Position numbers and translations under genes: made by a program. The notes below the pieces were generated by a model. The model searched no databases, was not told where the DNA came from, and was given only the letters and a program-made list of their open reading frames with translations. From contig CAIWCD010000014.1 in assembly GCA_903911145.1 (NCBI GenBank), forward strand, positions 1 through 64,000: a stretch of 64,000 bases of DNA. The letters run 5' to 3'. This stretch comes from an uncultured delta proteobacterium. GTDB taxonomy: Bacteria; Myxococcota; Myxococcia; Myxococcales; 40CM-4-68-19. This document shows positions 56,921-64,000 of this stretch, one piece after another. Numbering within the stretch: position 1 is the stretch's first letter; each line of letters starts with the position of its first letter.

Positions 56921-57292
56921 ATGCCGCATACGAAAGTCGCCCGCGTCGAGAAGCCCTGGGGGCACGAGCTGATCTGGGCGCGCACCGAGCGCTATGTGGG
57001 AAAAATTCTCCACATCAAGGCCGGGCACGCGCTGAGCCTGCAGTACCACCAGGTCAAGGACGAGACCGTGCATGTGCTCGCCGGGCAGATGCGCTTCGTC
57101 TTCGGCGCGAGCGAGAGCGAGATGACCGAGCAGCTGCTCAATCCGGGCGACTCGTTCCGCATCACGCCGCTGTTGCGCCACCGGATGATCGCGGTGAGCG
57201 ACTGCGACATTCTCGAGGCGAGCACGCCTGAACTCGACGACGTCGTGCGGCTCGAAGATCGCTACGGCCGCGGCGGGACCTCCGCGCCTTGA
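56921..57292 (+). CDS. Cupin domain protein
   Basis: 'VEKPWG.E', 'LSLQYH..KDET', 'HR', 'STPELDDVVRLED.YGR'. Confidence 0.88.
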   Translation: MPHTKVARVEKPWGHELIWARTERYVGKILHIKAGHALSLQYHQVKDETVHVLAGQMRFVFGASESEMTEQLLNPGDSFRITPLLRHRMIAVSDCDILEASTPELDDVVRLEDRYGRGGTSAP

Positions 57293-57348
57293 ACAGTCGG
57301 GCGTCTGCAGGCTCGTAACGAAATCCGAGTTCGTGCATCTACTGCCGC

Positions 57349-58371
57349 ATGGCCAACGACTATCGCAAGCCGGGCGACGAGGAACTGCAACGCACGCTGA
57401 CTCCGCTGCAGTACGAGGTCACGCAGCGCGACGCCACCGAGCCGCCATTTCGCAATCTCTATTGGGACAACCACGAGGCTGGTCTCTACGTCGACGTCAC
57501 GACGGGCGAGCCGCTGTTCTCCTCGCGCGACAAGTTCGATTCAGGCACGGGCTGGCCAAGCTTCACGCGGCCCGTGGAGGTCGCGCGCATCACGACGAAG
57601 AGCGACGGCAAGCTCTTCATGCGGCGTACCGAGGTCCGCTCCCGCGTTGGAGATTCGCATCTCGGCCACGTCTTCGAGGATGGTCCGGGCCCGGATGGCC
57701 TGCGCTACTGCATCAACTCTGCGTCGCTGCGCTTCGTCCCCGCCGCCGGGCTCGATGGTGCGGGATATGGCGCGTATATCAACCAAGTATCAGCGGAAAG
57801 CGAATACGCGGGTGCCGCCGAGAACGCCTGCTCGATTCCAAGGGAGGGCGCGGCGAGCTGCAGCGCCACTCTGGAAACGGCCATTGTTGCCGGCGGCTGC
57901 TTCTGGGGAATGGAGGAATTGCTGCGCGCCATTCCCGGTGTGATCGATACCGAAGTTGGATATATCGGCGGCAATACCGAGAAGCCCGAATATCGCGACG
58001 TCAAGACCGGGCGCACGGGGCACGCGGAGGCGGTGCGCATCACGTTCGATCCCGCGCGCCTCTCGTTCGCGACGCTGCTGCGCGACTGGTTCTTCCGCAT
58101 GCACGACCCGAGCACGCCCGACCGACAGGGCAACGACATCGGCACGCAATATCGCTCGGCCATCTTTGTCACCTCGCCCGAGCAGGAGCGCGTCGCGAAG
58201 GAAGTGCGCGCGAGCGTCGATGCCTCGGGCGAGTGGCGCAGCGCGGTCGTCACCCAGATCGCCCCGGCGGGGCCGTTCACGCGCGCCGAGGAGTATCACC
58301 AGAAGTATCTGGTGAAGAATCCGGGCGGATATAGCTGCCATTACATGCGGCCCCCCGGACAGAAGGCGTGA
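57349..58371 (+). CDS. msrAB: Bifunctional methionine sulfoxide reductase MsrB-MsrA
   Basis: MsrB motifs 'GWPSF', 'HLGHVF', 'RYCINS', then MsrA motifs 'GGCFWG', 'GHAE', 'GTQYRS', 'AEEYHQKY'. Confidence 0.95.
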   Translation: MANDYRKPGDEELQRTLTPLQYEVTQRDATEPPFRNLYWDNHEAGLYVDVTTGEPLFSSRDKFDSGTGWPSFTRPVEVARITTKSDGKLFMRRTEVRSRVGDSHLGHVFEDGPGPDGLRYCINSASLRFVPAAGLDGAGYGAYINQVSAESEYAGAAENACSIPREGAASCSATLETAIVAGGCFWGMEELLRAIPGVIDTEVGYIGGNTEKPEYRDVKTGRTGHAEAVRITFDPARLSFATLLRDWFFRMHDPSTPDRQGNDIGTQYRSAIFVTSPEQERVAKEVRASVDASGEWRSAVVTQIAPAGPFTRAEEYHQKYLVKNPGGYSCHYMRPPGQKA

Positions 58372-58901
58372 GCGAGGGAATTCTCCTCGAGCGCGTGGAG
58401 CGAGGAACGCTTCTCGCCGAAGAGGCGAGGCTCGCCCGATTCGCGCAGGCGCAGCCGCAGATTCTTTCCATCCTCGAGGGAGAGCGCGATCCGATCACGC
58501 TGCAGGCGACGCTCGCGTGTCTGCTGTTCGAGCTCTTCGCCCAGGCAAGCTTCGTCGGCTTCTATCGTCGTGTCTCGGCCACGACGCTCGCCGTCGGCCC
58601 CTATCAAGGCCCGATGGGTTGCCTGCGGATCGACCTTGCTCGCGGCGTCTGCGGCGCCTGCGCGACCACGGGGAAGACGCTGCTGGTTCCCGATGTGCAC
58701 GCCTTCCCGGGTCACATCTCCTGCGATGCAGGCGCGCGCTCCGAACTGGTGCTGCCTGTGTTTGCTGGGCGCGAGGTTCGCGCCGTGCTCGATCTCGACT
58801 CGCGCCTTCTGGGCGCGTTCTCGTCTGCCGAGGCCGCGCTGCTCGAGAGGTTGCTGGCGACGCTGTTCAACGACACGATCGGTTGGCCCGCGCTGCTGTA
58901 G
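58368..58901 (+). CDS. msrC: GAF domain protein, free methionine-R-sulfoxide reductase-like
   Basis: 'VGFY', 'GPYQG..GC..I...GVCG', '[14 protein letters not shown]...SE.V.P'. Confidence 0.8.
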   Translation: MSEGILLERVERGTLLAEEARLARFAQAQPQILSILEGERDPITLQATLACLLFELFAQASFVGFYRRVSATTLAVGPYQGPMGCLRIDLARGVCGACATTGKTLLVPDVHAFPGHISCDAGARSELVLPVFAGREVRAVLDLDSRLLGAFSSAEAALLERLLATLFNDTIGWPALL

Positions 58902-58926
58902 GGCGAAACGCGCCTCGCGCGAAGCT

Positions 58927-59625
58927 CTACTTCTTGCCCGCCTTGTCCGCCGGCTTATCCCCAGCCTTCTCGTCAGGCTTGTCCGCCGGCTTGTCCGCGA
59001 CCTTGGGCGCCGGGCTGTCGTCCCCGTCTTCGCTCTTCGCCTTGATCCAGTGATCGACCAGGCCATCGCCGTCGATGTCCTCTCCAATGCGCGAGAGCTT
59101 GCCGGCCTCATAATATTCCCAGGTGTCGATCTTCCCGTTGCCCTTGGTATCCCTCTCGACACGGACCTTCTTGCCGCCCTCATAATATCCGGTCGCGTCG
59201 GGCTTCTCGCGGTGGGTCTGGTACATCTCCTTGCGCACGAGCACGCCGTGCTCATAGAGGTCGATCACGTCCGGCTTGCCGTCGAAGTCGAGGTCGTAGA
59301 TCTCCTTCGTCCTCGTTCCATCGTCGTCATAGAACGTCGTCAGATCGACCTTGCCGTCGAAGTTGGTGTCGAGTTCTCGCTCGATCATCACCTCGTGCGT
59401 CTGCCCCTCGGCGCCAGGCATGACCTTGAACGTCTTCCAATCGTCCGCCTTGCCATCGCGGTTGAGATCGTAGGTGCGGATGACGAGCTCCCCTCGAGTC
59501 TCGACCGTAGGCTCAAGGCCCTCCGGCGCGGCGTTGGCCTTGCTCTCGGGCGCATGCGCGCAAGCGAGCGAGACCAGCAGTGAAGAGACGAGTGCGAGCG
59601 TGGCGGCGAGACGGAACGAGCGCAT
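58927..59625 (-). CDS. Lipoprotein with DxDxDG (Ca-binding-like) repeats
   Basis: Lipobox SLAC; DLNRDG, DTNFDG, DLDFDG, DTKGNG, DIDGDG. Confidence 0.8.
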   Translation of the reverse strand: MRSFRLAATLALVSSLLVSLACAHAPESKANAAPEGLEPTVETRGELVIRTYDLNRDGKADDWKTFKVMPGAEGQTHEVMIERELDTNFDGKVDLTTFYDDDGTRTKEIYDLDFDGKPDVIDLYEHGVLVRKEMYQTHREKPDATGYYEGGKKVRVERDTKGNGKIDTWEYYEAGKLSRIGEDIDGDGLVDHWIKAKSEDGDDSPAPKVADKPADKPDEKAGDKPADKAGKK

Positions 59626-59736
59626 GCGCAGGACTCTAGCAGGCAGTTGGCCCGCTGCCGCTTCACAATTGACGCATCCAGGCCGCACGACTAGTTTGCG
59701 CCGCCCTCGCTCTGCCTCTTGCTGGAGTTCTCTACG

Positions 59737-60675
59737 ATGCGCGTCGCAGTCCTTGGCGGAGCCGGATTTGTCGGGTCACACCTCGTGGACAAGCTGCTCT
59801 CGCGCGGTGACGAGGTGGTGGCGGTCGATAATTTCGCGACCTCGGGTCCGCGCAATCTGGCGCATCTCGCAGGCCACCCGCGCTTCCAGTTTCTCGAGTG
59901 GGACGTCTGTGCGCCGATCCCGCTGACGGGCAAGTTCGGCATCGTCTTCAACATGGCCTCGCCCGCGTCGCCCTTCGACTACGCGCGCCTTCCGCTCGAG
60001 ACGATGGACGTCGGCTCGCTCGGCACGCGCAACGGCCTCGAACTCGCGCGCCGCTCTGGCGCGGTCTTTCTGATGGCCTCGACGAGCGAGATCTACGGCG
60101 ACCCGCTCGTGCATCCGCAGCGCGAGGACTACTACGGCAACGTCAACACCGTCGGCGCCCGCTCCTGCTACGACGAGGCCAAGCGCTTCTCCGAGGCGCT
60201 GACCTCGACCTACGCGACCGTGCACAAGACGCCCGTGCGCATCGCGCGGATCTTCAATACGTACGGCCCGCGCATGCGCGAAGAGGATGGGCGCGTCATT
60301 CCCGCGTTCGTCGGACAGGCGCTCGACGGAAAAGATTTCACCGTCTTCGGCGATGGCTCGCAGACCCGCTCGTTCTGCTACGTCGACGATCTCGTCGCGG
60401 GTCTGATCGCTCTCTGCGAGAAGGGCGACAGTATGCCGGTCAATCTCGGCAACCCGAACGAGATGACGCTCATTGAGCTCGCCGATGCTGTGCGCAAGGT
60501 GGCAGGCCGGGGCGGCAAGGTCGTGAGCACGCGTCCTCTCCCGCAGAACGATCCGAAGCAGCGCAAGCCGGACATCGCGCGCGCCAAAGCGCTGCTGGGC
60601 TGGGAGCCGCAGATCTCGCTCGAAGAAGGGCTCTTGCCGACCATCGAGTGGTATCGGGCGCGGCGCGCGAAGTAG
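59737..60675 (+). CDS. UDP-glucuronate decarboxylase family (SDR)
   Basis: GGAGFVGSHL, 'ASPASP', 'STSEIYGDP', 'YDEAKR', 'RIFNTYGPRM', 'QTRSFCYV'. Confidence 0.93.
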   Translation: MRVAVLGGAGFVGSHLVDKLLSRGDEVVAVDNFATSGPRNLAHLAGHPRFQFLEWDVCAPIPLTGKFGIVFNMASPASPFDYARLPLETMDVGSLGTRNGLELARRSGAVFLMASTSEIYGDPLVHPQREDYYGNVNTVGARSCYDEAKRFSEALTSTYATVHKTPVRIARIFNTYGPRMREEDGRVIPAFVGQALDGKDFTVFGDGSQTRSFCYVDDLVAGLIALCEKGDSMPVNLGNPNEMTLIELADAVRKVAGRGGKVVSTRPLPQNDPKQRKPDIARAKALLGWEPQISLEEGLLPTIEWYRARRAK

Positions 60676-60687
60676 CGCCTCCAGCGA

Positions 60688-61998
60688 TTACAGTCCGAGC
60701 AGCGACGCCTTCGGGATGCGCACGTAATAGGCGGGCCCGTTGGGATATGAGTTTGAATCGCCGGATATCACCACGATATCGAGATATCCCTCGTCGGAGC
60801 GCGTTCCTCCTCGAGGCGCGGCGAGATAGGGATATCCTCCGAGGATCGGCCCGGGGAAATCAATCTTCGCGCTCGTGGCGCCGTTGAGCGCGCGTATGAA
60901 GAGCGAATCCCAGGTCTGGCAGAGCGTGAACATGCGCCCGCCGCTTTCAAACAGCCGCATCCAGTTGCAGCTGCCATCGGGCATTGCGAGTGAACTCGCG
61001 CTCCACGCGCCGTTGCGCAGCACATCGTGGCGCATCGAGGTGGTGAACGAGCCAACGGTTGGATCGAGAAACTCCGCGGTGACGACGTGCACGCTGCCGT
61101 CTTCGGCTTGATAGAAATCGCTCGTCTGCAGGAGCGTGAGACGTTGCGATGCAAGCGGATCGCCGCTCAGATCGATCAGCGCGTGCTGCGTCCAGTTCGA
61201 ATCGTGCTCTTCGAAGTATCGAACCATCTGATAGCGATTGCTCCGCCGATTGCCATATGCAGGCCCCGCGTCCTCGACGAGATCGTCCTGGATCGCGAGT
61301 TGGGCGAGGCCGCCATCTGTGAGTGGCAATAGATAGGCGTAATAGAAATCGTGACCGAGTCGGGTTCCCGCAAGCGAGCGCGTCCATCGTGCGTCGCCCG
61401 TGGCGTGTTGGTAGAGAACCTCCGTCTGCCCCTCGGATGTCGATACATCGAGACCAAATCCTGCATAGAGCGTGTCATCGGGACCGATCGCGCCTCCGAC
61501 GCGGATATTGACCGTCTCGTCGCCGCCGTCGTTGTCGATCGCCGTCTCCTCGGTGAAGGCCGTGATGTCGTTGGGCGCCGCGAAGGTGTAGTGGCGGAGC
61601 GCGCCGACCGAGTCGTTGGTGGACATATCGGCCGCTTCAAAGACGAGAGCGTGAATCGCGCCGGCCGCGTCGACGAGAAGATTTCCCGGGCGCGAGGTGG
61701 GAAGCGCCGCACCCGGTGTCCAGGGAGCGTCGCCGAGCTTCTGATAGAGCGCGAATTCGAGCGGCGTGCCGGCCGGGAAATCGTTCTTGATGACGTAGGT
61801 GACGACGCGATTGCCGCGGCGCACGAGCTTGGTCTGGTTGTATCCCCACCAGGTTCCATTGAACTGGTTGACGCTCCCGGGAAGTGGCTCGACGAGGACG
61901 CCCGGCAACGCGACGGTCGAGTGGCAGGCCGAGACGAGTCCGAGCGCGAGCAGCAGAGCGGCGCGCGTCAACGCTGCGCGGAAGACGACGGTGCACAT
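60688..61998 (-). CDS. Uncharacterised lipoprotein, probably a beta-propeller
   Basis: Lipobox VSAC; beta-rich with recurring 'G.IH/VH' and W motifs. Confidence 0.65.
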   Translation of the reverse strand: MCTVVFRAALTRAALLLALGLVSACHSTVALPGVLVEPLPGSVNQFNGTWWGYNQTKLVRRGNRVVTYVIKNDFPAGTPLEFALYQKLGDAPWTPGAALPTSRPGNLLVDAAGAIHALVFEAADMSTNDSVGALRHYTFAAPNDITAFTEETAIDNDGGDETVNIRVGGAIGPDDTLYAGFGLDVSTSEGQTEVLYQHATGDARWTRSLAGTRLGHDFYYAYLLPLTDGGLAQLAIQDDLVEDAGPAYGNRRSNRYQMVRYFEEHDSNWTQHALIDLSGDPLASQRLTLLQTSDFYQAEDGSVHVVTAEFLDPTVGSFTTSMRHDVLRNGAWSASSLAMPDGSCNWMRLFESGGRMFTLCQTWDSLFIRALNGATSAKIDFPGPILGGYPYLAAPRGGTRSDEGYLDIVVISGDSNSYPNGPAYYVRIPKASLLGL

Positions 61999-62113
61999 CC
62001 GCGGACGATGAACCAACGGTTCGTTGCGCGCCACCGCGATCTGCGCGAGCAACCCAGCGCCGCGCACGTCGTTGCACCGCCTCTCCCGCGCGTGCTAGAC
62101 CGCGCCCTCCCGA

Positions 62114-63919
<1,806 letters not shown>

Positions 63920-63927
63920 AGGGGCGC

Positions 63928-64000
63928 GTGGCGAATTCGGAGGAAGCGAAGCAGATCGCCGAGGAGCGCCACGAGGCCGCGTTGGTTGCCGCTTCCGACG
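63928..64000 (+). CDS. 5' end of the next gene (signal peptidase I expected from synteny only)
   Basis: GTG after GAGGGG; open to the window end; no diagnostic motif visible. Confidence 0.4.
   Translation, partial: MANSEEAKQIAEERHEAALVAASD

Overview
High-GC bacterial DNA, most likely Myxococcota. This is inferred from the DUF2381 gene next to a eukaryotic-like kinase, many Cys-rich lipoproteins, and the roadblock/sppA/HIT/argS/SPOR and lepA gene order. All family calls rest on my recognition of motifs; no database search was run. Three zones are visible. (1) 1-18461 is the right-hand part of an element integrated at tRNA-Gly(GCC). It ends in a displaced tRNA 3' half plus terminator, with an excisionase-like gene and short direct repeats beside it. 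It carries an IS3-interrupted T4SS-like operon (VirB5-, VirB6-, VirB8-like, DUF2381/VirB9-like, and a Ser/Thr kinase-TM-VirB10/TrbI fusion). This is followed by a giant Ig-repeat lipoprotein, a collagen lipoprotein and an outer-membrane barrel, then a dense defence/TA cluster (Abi_C, AbiE-like pair, a relic nucleotidyltransferase, a DUF6036 pair, a phage-type protein, VapBC). (2) About 18.5-50.6 kb is accessory DNA: lipoproteins, a ClC-CBS channel, two GT-C-like membrane proteins, a frameshifted DUF218-like gene, and two paralogous giant Cys/Gly-rich lipoproteins, one with a ~370-aa Cys-rich insert. It also holds TetR/MaoC with twin operators and an odd two-gene locus (beta-repeat protein with two coding tandem arrays, plus a 1170-aa charge-segregated helical protein). 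(3) About 50.6-64 kb is mostly housekeeping: astB, roadblock, sppA, HIT, argS, SPOR, cupin, msrBA, GAF/fRMsr, UDP-glucuronate decarboxylase, lepA. The best candidates for a new system are the kinase-VirB10 T4SS-like integrative element with its surface-protein cassette, and the 44.1-50.6 kb gene pair. No CRISPR array or rRNA was seen.
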